Of a DNA stretch of 64,000 nt, positions 1 through 12,100 are shown piece after piece. The stretch's first letter is position 1; each line of letters starts with the position of its first letter. This stretch comes from Malacoraja senta (taxonomy: Eukaryota): contig CM075992.1 in the NCBI GenBank assembly GCA_038087875.1, positions 1,180,001-1,244,000 of the forward strand, in the 5' to 3' direction. The position numbers and the translations under genes are program-made. The notes below the pieces were generated by a model. That model made no database searches and was not told the DNA's origin. It saw only the letters and a program-made list of their open reading frames with translations.

Positions 1-237
1 ATCAGTCTGAAGAAGGGTCTTGACCCGAAATGACCCTATGTCCTTCTCTCTGTAGATGCTGCCTCACCCGCTGAGTTACTCCAACATTTCTGTGTCTATC
101 CTCGATTCACCTACTCTGGGCATGGGACCCTACTGTGCGCCTACCCGATGTATTCCTCCCGTGATATTGTACACCTACTCTGAGCTCTCTCTATCCTCCC
201 ATCGCATGACCTTGGCATAAAGCATATTGGACATGCT

Positions 238-742
238 TTGGTACACAAAAATGCTGGAGAAACTCAGCGGGTGCAGCAGCATCTATGGAGCGAAGGAAAT
301 AGGGGGGGGCAACGTTTCGGGCCGAAACCCCTTCTTCAGACTGATGGGGGGTGGGGAGAAGAAAGGAAAAGAAAAAAGGCGGAGGAGGAGACAGCCCGAG
401 GGCTGAGGGATGGGAGCAGACAGCCCGAGGGCTGAGGAAGTGGAGGGGACAGCAAGGGCTAGCAAAATTGGGAGAATTCAATGTTCATGCCCCCAGGATG
501 TAGACTCCCCAAGCGGAATATGAGGTGCATTTCCTCCAATTTCCGGTGTTGCTCGCTGTGGCCATGGAGGAGACCCAGGACAGAGAGGTCGGATACGGAA
601 TGGGAGGGGGAGTTGAAGTGCTGAGCCACCGGGAGGTCAGGTTGGTTATTGCGGAGGTGTTGGGCGAAACGATCTCCGAGCCTCCGCTTGGTCTCACCAA
701 TGCAGAGCAGCTGACATCCAGAGCAGCGGATGCAATAGATGA
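238..742 (-). mobile_element. PLE 3' fragment (GIY-YIG C-terminus plus hammerhead-bearing tail)
   Basis: Near-collinear with 46861-47365 with small deletions. Confidence 0.88.
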
Positions 743-1283
743 GCTCTCTGTACCTGTATGCTTAATGTCACGGAATTCGTGGATATTTAATGATCCACGC
801 TTAAATCCTGCCTTCTGGGAATTACTGTCATGCCAGCCAGCTGACGGCTGGAGTCTGCCAGAGTTTACCAAAGCTTCACATTTCACTCCGAGCCAGTTGT
901 CAGGGTCTGCATATCATTGCATTATAAAGCTCCACAACTGCTGCATTTCTGGCTTGCCTGAGGCATTAGTAATGAAATAATCTTATTGTTCGCCTCCAAG
1001 GTGGTTCTTCAGTGAAATGCGCATTTGAACAGCCAAGCTATGATACAATGACAGTCTCACTCAACTAAACCCAGGCTTTCAGAAAGTAGGTCGGGAAATC
1101 GCAGACGAATAATTAGAAGAAAAGCAGGTTTGCGCTTCATATGCCAAGGTAGTTTGGAGGTACAGTATATGCATTTTCCACAGGCTCTCACACTCGCCCT
1201 CTCCTCTCTATATCTATAATGATATATGGATCTGTTTTGTACTCAATGCCTTCTATCTTCTGATGTGCTGAAGCAAAGCAAGA

Positions 1284-1912
1284 AATTCAGATTCAGATTC
1301 CGATTCCACTTTCTTGTCATCGTGCAGTGTACAGTACAGACACAAGGAAATGCAGTTAGCATCTCCCTAGAAGAGCGACATAAATATGAGCAGTAAATAA
1401 ATAAATCTAATAAATCCTGGTGGGGGAGTGTGGGGGGTGAGGGGGTGATTGGCAGTCACCGAGGTACAGTGTTGAGTAGTGTAACAGCCGCAGGGAAGTT
1501 CCTCTGTTCCTGGACCTGCTGGTCCGGCAACAGAGAGACCTGTAGCGACTCCCGGATGGTAGGAGGTTGGGGTGAGAGCAGTCCTTGGCGATGCTGAGCG
1601 CCCTTCGCGGACAACGCTTGCTTTGGACAGACTCAATGGAGGGGAGTGAGGAACCGGTGATGCGTTGGGCAGTTTTCACCACCCTCTAGCGGTGCTTTCC
1701 GGACGGAGACAGAGCAGTTGCCGTACCATACTGTGATACAGTTGGTAAGGATGGTCTCGATGGTGCAGCGGTAGAAGTTCACCAGAATCTGAGGAGACAG
1801 ATGGACCTTCTTTAGTCTCCTCAGGAAGAAGAGACGCTGGTGAGCCTTCTTGACCAGAGTTGAGGTATTGTTGGTCCAAGAGAGGTCATCGGAGATGTTG
1901 ACTCCCCAGGGA
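1284..1912 (-). mobile_element. Rex1/Babar-type LINE 3' fragment
   Basis: GVNISDDLSWTNNTSTLVKKAHQRLFFLRRLKK..NFYRCTIE; (TGAATC)n-like tail at 1284-1306. Confidence 0.8.
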
Positions 1913-2054
1913 CACATGACAATAAACTCACTTGAACTTGGACTCTCTACGCTTCACTCTCGCCCTCTTTCTGTCTCCTCTTTCTGCCACTTTTCTTCTT
2001 TCTCTCTCTCTCCCTCCTCTCTTTCTCCCCCTTCTCCCTTATTCTCTCACCATG

Positions 2055-2597
2055 TAGACAATAGGCGCAGACAATAGGCGCAGCACCACCATTCACTGTG
2101 ATCATGGCTGATCATCCACAATCCTGCCTTCTCCCCATATCCCCTGACTCCGCTATCTTTAAGACCCCTATCTAGCTCTCTCTTGAAAGCATCCAGAGAA
2201 CCTGCCTCCACCGCCCTCTGAGGCAGAGAATTCCACAGACTCACCACTCTCTGTGAGAAAAGGTGTTTCCTCGTCTCCGTTCTAAATGGCTTACTCCTTA
2301 TTCTTAAACAGTGGCCCCTGGTTCTGGACTCCCCCAACATCGGGAACATGTTTCCTGCCTCTAGCGTGTCCAAGCCCTTAACAATCTTATATGTTTCAAT
2401 AAGATCCCCTCTCATCCTTCTAAATTCCAGAGTGTACAAGCCCAGCCGCTCCATTCTCTCAGCATATGACAGTCCCGCCATCCCGGAATTAACCTTGTAA
2501 ACCTACGCTGCACTCCCTCAATAGCAAGAATGTCCTTCCTCAAATTAGGGGACCAAAACTGCACACAATACTCCAGGTGTGGTCTCACTAGGGCCCT
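2055..2597 (-). mobile_element. CR1/HER1 LINE 3' fragment
   Basis: [41 protein letters not shown]. Confidence 0.9.
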
Positions 2598-3190
2598 TTG
2601 TCACTTTTATGCCCTTCCGTATTCTCTCTGTCTCTCCCTCTCATGTCCATCGCTCTCTCTGTGTCACTCTCTCTCTCCCCCTTCTTATCTCAGTCCGTGC
2701 CTCTCTGTCCATCTCTGTCCACCTGCCTATCTGTCTGTCTTTCTCCCTCAAAGAACTACAGATGCTGGTGAATGCCCAACAGGACACAGAGTGCTGGAAT
2801 AACTCAGCGGGTCAGGCAGCATCCATGGAGAACATGGATAGGTTCAGTCTGAAGACCCGAAACGTCACCTATCCATGTTCTCCACAGATGCTGCCCGACC
2901 CGCTGAGTTACTCCAGCACTCTGTGAAACGTCACCTATCCATGTTCTCCACAGATGCTGCCTGACCCGCTGAGTTACTCCAGCACTCTGTGAAACGTCAC
3001 CTATCCATGTTCCGGCAGCATCTATGGAGCGAAGGAAATAGGCAACGTTTCGGCCCGAAACCCTTCCGGGTTTCGGCCCGAAACGTTGCCTATTTCCTTC
3101 AGGGTTTCGGCCCGAAAGGTTGCCCATTTCCTTCGCTCCACAGATGCTGCCTGACCCGCTGAGTTACTCCAGCACTCTGTGACTTTCTAA

Positions 3191-3608
3191 AGGGCCTGTC
3201 CCACGGGCATGCGACCCCATGCGGTAAGCGCGACCTAACCGCAAGCGGGGGCCGCACGGGGGCCGCGCGGAGGTCGAGTGATCCCCGTACAGGGCCGGTC
3301 CCACCAGCATGCGGCTGCATGCGGCAAGCGTTACCAAATCGGAAGCGGGGGCCGTACGGCGTCGAGGCGGTGCGCAGGGCCGTCGATGCGGCGCGCACGG
3401 CCTCGATGCGGCTGCGGGCCGGCAGGCTGTTGCCGCACGGAATTTTTGAACAGGGTCAGATTTTCGGAGCCCCGCGCGATGTCGGGACCAGCTCCGCACA
3501 ACTCCATACGGCTCCGGCGATCGAAGTGGGACCGGCCCCCCGCACGGCCCCCGCTTGCGGCTAGGTCGCGCTTGCCGCATGGAGTCGCATGCCCGTGGGA
3601 CAGGCCCT
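3191..3608. mobile_element. PIF/Harbinger-type MITE, CpG-rich, ~70-bp TIRs
   Basis: AGGGCCTGTCCCAC...GTGGGACAGGCCCT; flanks TAA / TTA. Confidence 0.8.
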
Positions 3609-4286
3609 TTACACTGTATCTTCTCTGAGACTGATTTGCTGGTGTAGAGGGAGAGTTATTTGCTGAATTACCCAGACAGTGCTGCTTGCCCGAGGTGTGT
3701 TGAAGAGTCATCGTAGATAATCGCCAGGTAGAAACTAACTACAGATGCTGGTTTACACCAAAGATAGACAGAAAATGCTGCAGTAACTCAGCAGGTCGGG
3801 AAGCATCTCTGGAGAACATGGATAAGTTCGGTCTGAAGAAGGGCCCCGATCCAAAACGTCACCTATCCATGTTCTCCACAGATGCTGCCTGACCCGCTGA
3901 GTTACTCCAGCACTCTGTGAAACGTCACCTATCCATGTTCCGGCAGCATCTATGGAGCAAAGGAAATAGGCAACGTTTCGGCCCGAAACCCTTCCGGGTT
4001 TCGGCCCGAAACTTTGCCTATTTCCTTCAGGGTTTCAGCCCGAAAGGTTGCCCATTTCCTTCGCTCCACAGATGCTGCCTGACCCGCTGAGTTACTCCAG
4101 CTGTTCGGTTCAGTTTAGTTTAGTTTCTTGTCACGTGGACCGAGGTACAGTGAAAAGCTTTTGTTGCGTGCTAACCAGTCAGCGGAAAGACAATACATGA
4201 TTACAGTCGAGCCGTTCACAGTGTATTGATACATGATAAGGGAATCATGTTTAATGCAAGGTAAAGCCAGCAAAGTCTGATCAAAG

Positions 4287-4647
4287 TGTTTAAGAAGGAA
4301 CTGCAGATGCTGGAAAATCGAAGGTACACAAAAATGGTGGAGAAACTCAGCGGGTGCATCAGCATCTATGGAGCGAAGGAAATAGGCAATGTTTCGGGCC
4401 GAAACCCTTCTCCAGACCGATAGGGGGTGGGGAGAAGAAAGGAAAAAAAGGAAAAAAGGCGGAGGAGGAGCCCGAGGGCTGGGGGAGGGGAGGAGACAAC
4501 CAGAGGGCTGATGAAGGGGAGGGGAGGGGACACCAAGGGCTAGCAGAATTGGGAGAATTCAATGTTCAAGTCCCCAGGATGTAGACTGCCCAAGCGGAAT
4601 ATGAGGTGCATTTCCTCCAATTTCCGGTGTTGCTCGCTGTGGCCATG
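4287..4647 (-). mobile_element. PLE 3' fragment
   Basis: Encodes HSEQHRKLEEMHLIFRLGSLHP..EFSQFC and carries the same 3' tail. Confidence 0.88.
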
Positions 4648-5502
4648 TATATATGTGTAGACTGTATGTACACATACTGGACTTATTTTCTCGTTTACCA
4701 TATTGTTTACAGTGCATATTCTGTGGTGTTGCTGCAAGTAAGAATTTCATAGCATGACAACCCAACACTCCGGACTCTTGAATGTTAGTCCGGAACCAAC
4801 AAATATATTTAAAATGAATAAAAAGGGAAATAAGTGGCAAATAATCTTGTGGAATAGCACCACATATTCCAGGCACGCCACAGTCCTTAAGATTCAACCA
4901 CGAATTCAGCAAATTCAGCCAATCTTCTCTCCAGCTTGATTTGGTAGTGGTGGAGGGAGACATATGTTCTGATCAACCATCAGAGTGTTGGAGAGATGGT
5001 TTTAGCCGGACGAAAGTGCCTTTGATAACCCTGCCATCCCCTGCTTTGTCCAGAGGCGGTGAGATCGGTCTATTTATTGAATATCACCCGCCAGAGTTGT
5101 GAGTCTGTGTTAGTTCTCTGCCACAGAAGGCAGTGGAGGCCAATTCAATAGACAACAGGTGCAGGAGTAGGCCATTCGGCCCTTCGAGCCAGCACCACCG
5201 TTCAATGAGATCGTGGCTGATCATCCCCAATCAGTACCCCGTTCCTGCCTTCTCCCCATATCCCTTAACTCCGCTTAAATCTGTTTTCAAGAGAGAGTTA
5301 GATTTAGCTCTTAGGGCTAACGGAATCCAGGGATATGCGGAGAAAACAGGAATTGTGGGTGATCGGCCATGACCATATTGAATGGTTAACTGGCAGGGCC
5401 GAATACTCCTGCCCCTAATATCTATGTCTCTATGTTTCCGTGTGATTGTAGATGGTCATGTTTGTAGGGCCAGTGACTAATTGGTGTTCTCTTGTGGAAC
5501 AG

Positions 5503-5612
5503 GTGCAACAACCGGACGCAGTGTGTGGTGGTGGCAGGATCGGACGTGTTCCCCGACCCTTGCCCCGGGACCTACAAGTACCTGGAGATCCAGTATGAAT
5601 GCGTCCCCTACA
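5503..5612 (+). CDS. ADGRL1: Latrophilin (adhesion GPCR L1-like) internal exon, C-terminal half of RBL/SUEL lectin domain: (R)[36 protein letters not shown]
   Basis: AG acceptor at 5501-5502 and GTAAGT donor at 5613; 110 nt; peptide matches the latrophilin lectin motif [11 protein letters not shown]; phase-2 start fits the end of the 45128-45341 exon. Confidence 0.9.
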
Positions 5613-6814
5613 GTAAGTGGCCAATTTGCCTTCTTCTCTCAACCTCGCGGCCCTCTGCCCTTGTCCAGGAGGTTGTCACTCGGCGGGGGGGTTGTCCTCT
5701 CACCTCCAGCACCTGGTGGTGCGGGTGGGGTGGGGAGGGGGGGAGAGGCCACTGGTGAAGGGGGGACAGGCAGCCCCCCGTGACCGATCCCGTGGTCCCG
5801 ATTGGATTCAGCAGGATGCATCTGCCATTTCTGCCTTCCCTTGCAGATGCTTGCATGGCAGCGTTGAATCTTCTCGATCACAACTCGCTCCCCACAGACT
5901 AATGACTGGCCTTGCTTGGTGTTTGCTGCTGTTAACTCGATCCTTCTAACCCTGCTCACCGCTTCTTTTCAAGACTCCTTCCTTCCTTTTCCTCCTTTCT
6001 TCTCCCTTTTCTGCCCGCAGCTCAACGAGAAGAGGAGTCGGCGGAACCAGCGCAGGATGGGGGGGGTGGGGGGGGGTTGAAACCATGACTTGGGGTCTGT
6101 TTGTGTTGCGGAAGTCGTGTGTGGGGGGGGGGGCAGTGGGGAACGTTAGGTCCTCGTGACGCATGATGCTACCTAACGATGTAAAGAGACTGGGGTTCTG
6201 TGTCTGCTGGGGTCTGATAATGAGAGACCCCCCCCCTACACCCACACCCCCAGCCCTGGGTCACCAAGGGTCCACATCCCACCCCCCCCCCCCTCCGACC
6301 CTGCCCAAATATCTCTCCCTAGTGTGGGCCCACAAAGTCCAGTCTGCACCTCCCCATACAGGTCTACCCGGTAGAGTGTATGAGGAGGTCCACCTAACCT
6401 CCACATCCCAATGTCCCAAGGTACTGTCTCATAGGGAGACTACCACTCGGAGGTCCAAGCATCTGATAGGAGGTCCCACCATCCCAGCCCGAATGGTGCA
6501 GTCTAACAGGGAGTCCACCCCCCAATCCCAATGTCCATGGTACAGTCTGATAGGTGTTCATCGGTGATAGGAGCAGAATTAGGCCATTCGGCCCATCAAG
6601 TCTACTCCGCCATTCAATCATTGGCCGATCTATCTCTCCCTCCCATCCCAGCACAAATGGTGGAGTCTGTCGGAGAGTCTGCACCCTCTCTTGTCCAAAG
6701 CCGCACCTCACCCCACATGCCCACCCCGTCCTACATGCGTGAGTGATTGAGAGCGAGGACCAGCATGTTGCAAGCCCTAGGCACGTGAAGTCTCCATTGG
6801 TAAGGTCCAGGAAA

Positions 6815-7815
6815 CCAGTGTGGTGTGAATAGAGCCCACCAGTGTAGTGACCACCAGTGCAGTGACCACCAGTGTAGTGACCACCAGTGCAGTGACCACC
6901 AGTGCAGTGACCACCAGTGCAGCAGTGACCACCAGTGCAGTGCAGTGACCACCAGTGCAGTGACCACCAGTGCCATGACCACCAGTGCAGTGACCACCAG
7001 TGCAGTGAACACCAGTGCAGTGACCACCAGTGTAGTGACCACCAGTGCAGTGACCCACCAGTGTAGTGACCACCAGTGCAGTGACCACCAGTGCAGTGAC
7101 CACCAGTGCAGTGACCACCAGTACAGTGACCACCAGTGCAGTGATCACCAGTGCAGTGACCACCAGTGCAGTGACCACCAGTGCAGTGACCACCAGTGCA
7201 GTGACCACCAGTGCAGTGACCACCAGTGCAGTGACCACCAGTGCAGTGACCACCAGTGCAGTGACCACCAGTGCAGTGACCACCAGTGCAGTGACCACCA
7301 GTGCAGTGACCACCAGTGCAGTGACCACCAGTGCAGTGACCACCAGTGTAGTGACCACCAGTGCAGTGACCACCAGTGCAGTGACCACCAGTGCAGTGAC
7401 CACCAGTGCAGTGCCCACCAGTGCAGTGACCACCAGTGCAGTGACCACCAGTGTAGTGACCACCAATGTAGTGACCACCAGTGCAGTGACCACCAGTGCA
7501 GTGACCACCAGTGTAGTGACCACCAGTGCGGTGACCACCAGTGTGGTGTGCCCTGGTGTGAATAGAGCCCACCAGTGCAGTGACCACCAGTGTAGTGACC
7601 ACCAGTGCAGTGACCACCAGTGCAGTGACCACCAGTGCAGTGAACACCAGTGCAGTGACCACCAGTGCAGTGACCACCAGTACAGTGACCACCAGTGCAG
7701 TGACCACCAGTGCAGTGACCACCAGTGCAGTGCAGTGACCACCAGTGTAGTGACCACCAATATAGTGACCACCATGTAGTGACCACCAGTGCAGTGACCA
7801 CCATGTAGTGACCAT
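6815..7815. repeat. 15-bp minisatellite (CACCAGTGCAGTGAC)n
   Basis: About 60 or more tandem units with C/T variants. Confidence 0.97.
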
Positions 7816-8272
7816 GAGCATCCACCACAGTGACTCCTCCACATTCCTCACTGTGATGGAAGACGAAAAAAAGTTCAATCTCTCCCCTTCTTTGTTCTCC
7901 GGTGAGTTTTCACCGGGCGCTCCGGTTTCCTCCCACACTCCAAAGACGTCCAGGTTTCCAGGTTAATTGGCTTTGGGGAAAAAATGTGTAGATTGTCCCC
8001 AGGGTGCAGGGTGGTGTTAGTGTGCGGTGATCGCCGGTCAGCGTAGACCCGGTGGGCCAAAGGACCTGGTTCCCACGCTGTATCTCAACTTGCGGTGTCT
8101 AAATGCACAACGTGAATGCAGGTTTCGTTTACGGTCAGGTGAAAAGCTTTTGTTGCGTGCTAACCGGCCAGCGGAAAGGAGTCAGGGCAGTGAGGCAGCA
8201 TCTCGGAGTATCGCCTTCCAACCACCTGCCTGCCTTCTTCAACTCACTGGGTTGGAAGGAACTGCAGATCGA

Positions 8273-8548
8273 AGCCCCTGTCCCACTTTCCCGAATTCAC
8301 CCGAGTTTTCCCCTCGATTCAAACTCGGAGAATGTCCGTAGGAGTCCGTAGATATATCGTGGCGGCTGGTAATGCCAGCCGTAGGTACTCGGGGCATCCG
8401 GTAAGTGGGGACGTTTGATCAGCATGTTGAAAAATGTCCACGAGTAAAAAATATATCCCCGAGTACCTACGCCTGGCATCTCCGAGTTTGAATCGAGGGG
8501 AAAACTCGGGGGAATTCGTGAGTAACTCGGGAAAGTGGGACAGGGGCT
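8273..8548. mobile_element. PIF/Harbinger-type MITE
   Basis: AGCCCCTGTCCCACTTTCCCGA...TCGGGAAAGTGGGACAGGGGCT; related to 33126-33487. Confidence 0.75.
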
Positions 8549-9100
8549 TAGCTTACTGTCTCCGCCTACATTCTACCTTAGTCCCGCCCGCTCCCCTGAG
8601 AAGTCAGTGGAGTCTGAAGAAGGGTCTCGACCCGAAACGTGGCCTATTTCCTTCGCTCCATAGATGCTGCCTCACCCGCTGAGTTTCTCCAGCATTTTTG
8701 TCCACCAGCAGGAAAGACAATACATGATTACAATCGGGCCATTCACAGTGCACAGATACAGGGTAAAGGGAATAATATGAATAATGGTCTTTCTTTTGGA
8801 AATGGTTCTTTATTTTATAAATGGAGGTGGGGACCGCTTTTCATCCTTTGACACCACACGGTTCTGGTTCTTGGTCCCCCAAAATATTCCAAATGGAATT
8901 TAAACTGGAGGTGATGGGGGAAAAAAAATGACTTACACAGCAATTGCTGCTAAAACTGTCCATTATATGAAGTGTCTGTCACACAGCTGAGAGTCTGTTA
9001 AAAAAAAACACCAGTGAGTTGAAGATAGGCACAAAATGCTGGAGTAACTCAGCGGGTCAGGCATCATCTCTGGAGAGAAGGAATTGCTGACATTTCAGGC

Positions 9101-9128
9101 CTGAAGAAGGGTCTCGACCCGAAACGTC
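9101..9128 (+). ncRNA. Minimal hammerhead-like motif, second subfamily, inside fold-back PLE-tail element 9020-9230
   Basis: CUGAAGA-A-GGGU(CUCG)ACCC-GAAA-C-GUC; identical motif at 24201-24228 (+) and 23482-23509 (-). Confidence 0.6.
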
Positions 9129-12100
9129 ACCCGTTCCTTCTCTCCAGAGACGCTGCCTGTCCCGCTGAGTTACTCCAGCGTTTTGTGTCTATCTTCGGTG
9201 TAAACCAGCATCTGCAGTTCCTCCCGACACACAAATGGATCAGGCATGTTGGGTTCAGACTGAGTAAACCGCAGCAGAGGCAGATGAATGAGGGACAGCC
9301 GATTTCCTAACAAAAAGACATTTCGACTTGACTGGCTCGGCATCAGACAGGTTTCCTCGACATCTCCCCAGGGCTCCTGAAGAGAGGATGATGATCACCA
9401 TTTACTTGTGATCTACACTCTCATTTCTCCCTGTCACGGCGGCGGATAGAGGGATGTGATATTGTTAATATTATTTATGGATGTTCTTTAAACAGCAATG
9501 AGGCCCCCAAACCATTTCTGCTGCTTTATGCAGGTATTGGCAGGCACAATTTGTTACTGCCGACATAAGGAAGTATTGAGGCAGGATAAAGGGTCTGGGC
9601 AGCGGGTGGAGCAGCTTCAGCAACCCGGGTTCGATCCTGACCTCAGGAGCTGTCCGTGTGTGGAATTTCCACATTCTCCCTCTGACTCCGGTTTCCTCCC
9701 ACTTCCCAAACGCGTGCGGGTTTGTGGATTATTTGGCCACTACAAACGGTTGTCGGTGGGCGGTAGACTTTGGAAGGAGTTGATACAAATGCCTGGAGAA
9801 TACAACAGGTTGGGTTAGGATTAGTGGCCACGGGCGGTCGGTGGTCAGGGCGACCAGGCTCAGCGTGCAGAAGGGCCGGTTTCCATGCTGTGTGACTCGA
9901 AACGGGCCTCGGGAGAGAGGTGGAGGTGAACTTCACCAACACACACATGGAAACTCAACACAATGGTACAGAGCAACAGGGCATATAAATCAGATGGGCA
10001 CAGCATGGGTGACCACACTCTGTAGGTGGTGGGACTCACCTGGCCTAGATGTACCTACCATGAGCTGGCCCCTGGTTAACAATTACTAGAATCGAACACG
10101 ATAGGGAGAGGTAGTTGTTCAACTAGGGGTCCTAACCCAATGAGGCAGAGTGATGGATGCAATCAGAAGAGATACATAGATACATAGACAATAGGTGCAG
10201 GAGTAGGCCATTCGGCCCTTCGAGCCAGCACCACCATTCCATATGATCATGGCTGATCTTCCAAAATCAGTACCCGTTCCTGCTTTCTCCCCATATCCCT
10301 TGATTCCTTTAGCCCTGAGAGCTAAATCTAACTCTCTCTTGAATATATCCAGTGAATTGGCCCCCATTGCCTTCTGTGGCAGAGAATTCCACAGATTCCC
10401 AACTCTCTGGGTGAAAAAGTTTTTCCTCGTCTCAGTTCTAAATGGCCGACCCCTTATTCTTAAACTGTGCGATCCCTGTTTGTGGATGTGAGACAGAAGG
10501 AAAACTGGGAAGGCTAAGGAGTTATTGAGGGCACGTAGGCTTAGTGGGACCAAATGTATTTCAACGTGAAAATCCCAGCGTATGATCTGACAGAAAAGAT
10601 GAGTGACAGTAATGGCCACTCTCTCCCTCCTGCTTAGCGGCTGTGATTTATCGACCACATTCACCATACTGCTTGCTGCGCATTCCCATCTAAGCGGCAG
10701 GACAGGATTGTCAAAATAGGACTCGTCCTAAGGTGCAGTAGACACATAAAAGCTGGAGTAACTCAGCGGGACAGGCAGCGTCTCTGGAGAGACTTTTCGG
10801 GTCGTTAGACCCTTCTTCAGACCTAAGGTGTTTGGTGTAACGATACAGTCCAGGCACACCTGTCTCTGCCTGTTGTGTGAAAGTGCCAAGTTCTAACCAT
10901 TTGTCTTTGATGCCGCAGTGGGACTGTTACTGAATTAATGACAGATTCTATCACGTTGTTTCAGCTCCGTCTTGTATCCCCCTAACTAACTGTTTCCACA
11001 TCGCTGTCTGGGAGGAATTAATCTGACCTTTCTCCGCAGAGGAGCTGTATAATCACGTTTTGCTTTTGCAGATCCGGTGCTGTGCAAACAGAGCTGGGAC
11101 CCGGCTGGATTTTCTAATCACTCTCCTTCCTAATATTAAATCTTCAAATGATGAATATTTTCAGAGATGCATGAATATCTATCTGTCCCATCTTTCATCC
11201 TTCTCTCTGTTGCCTTCCTCAAACCACAGCCACGCTCTTGAATATTAGTTATTTGTCTTTCTCTCTTTTCCTGCCTTCTGCCTCTCACCCTTCATCCCAC
11301 CCCTTCTCCTCTGCTCTCCTCCTCACCCTCTCCTTTGTTCTCTTCGAGTGCAAGATGGTCAGACTTTCCCCATTCTCTTCTTACACTCATTTTCTCACTC
11401 CAGACTGCGGCCTCTTCCTGTCCTCTCACTCTGCCGTGCGTGGGACCATTGTAGGGGTTTGGTGGAGAAGAAACTAACCCTGTTTGTTTCCTGATCTAGC
11501 AGGACAATTCCCACAGACTAACAAAGGAAGTACAACTGCTGTGTTGTTGGATAGCCTTTAACAATAAACACAAATCACTTTCCCCTTCAGAATAACACAA
11601 GGAGAAAATAAATTTCCCCAAATCAAGGCAATTTATTGGCGGTTAAAACATTAGGCGAGCACATCACAGCACGAGGTTGAATGGAACACAAGCGGGCTAA
11701 GTGTTCAGTTCAGTTTATTGTCACGTGTACCGAGGTACAACGAACAGCGTTTGTTGCGTGCTATCCGGTTAGCGGAAAGACAATATATGATTACAGTCGT
11801 AATCGTAAAAGAGAGAAAGGTTATACCAACACAAGAGGCTCTCAATGGCTGTCTATGTAGGGCTCATAAAAATAGCGGAGTCAGGGGATATGGGGAGAAG
11901 GCAGGAACGGGGTACTGATTGGGGATGATCAGCCATGATCACATTGAATGGCGGTGCTGGCTCGAAGGGCCGAATGGCCTACTCCTGCACCTATTGTCTA
12001 TTGTCTATGAAAACCTCTGCATTTACAATCATCCACAAAGCCAAATGATCTCATGGTTTTCTTAACCTGTGGATTTGGCAGTGAGTGAGTGAGTGAGCTG

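Noticed and set aside
3099..3711. Cluster of GC-rich ORFs suggesting a gene or promoter
   Set aside because: Confined to a TIR-bounded MITE; stop-poor because of GC content
6394..7938. 514-aa ORF and overlapping long ORFs (GGHCT/VVTAL/WWSLH repeats)
   Set aside because: Translation of a 15-bp minisatellite that is stop-poor in most frames; no splice or domain evidence
8614..8641. Hammerhead motif copy as an active ribozyme
   Set aside because: The triplet is GUG, which is not NUH; treated as a decayed copy, like 7-31 and 33674-33701
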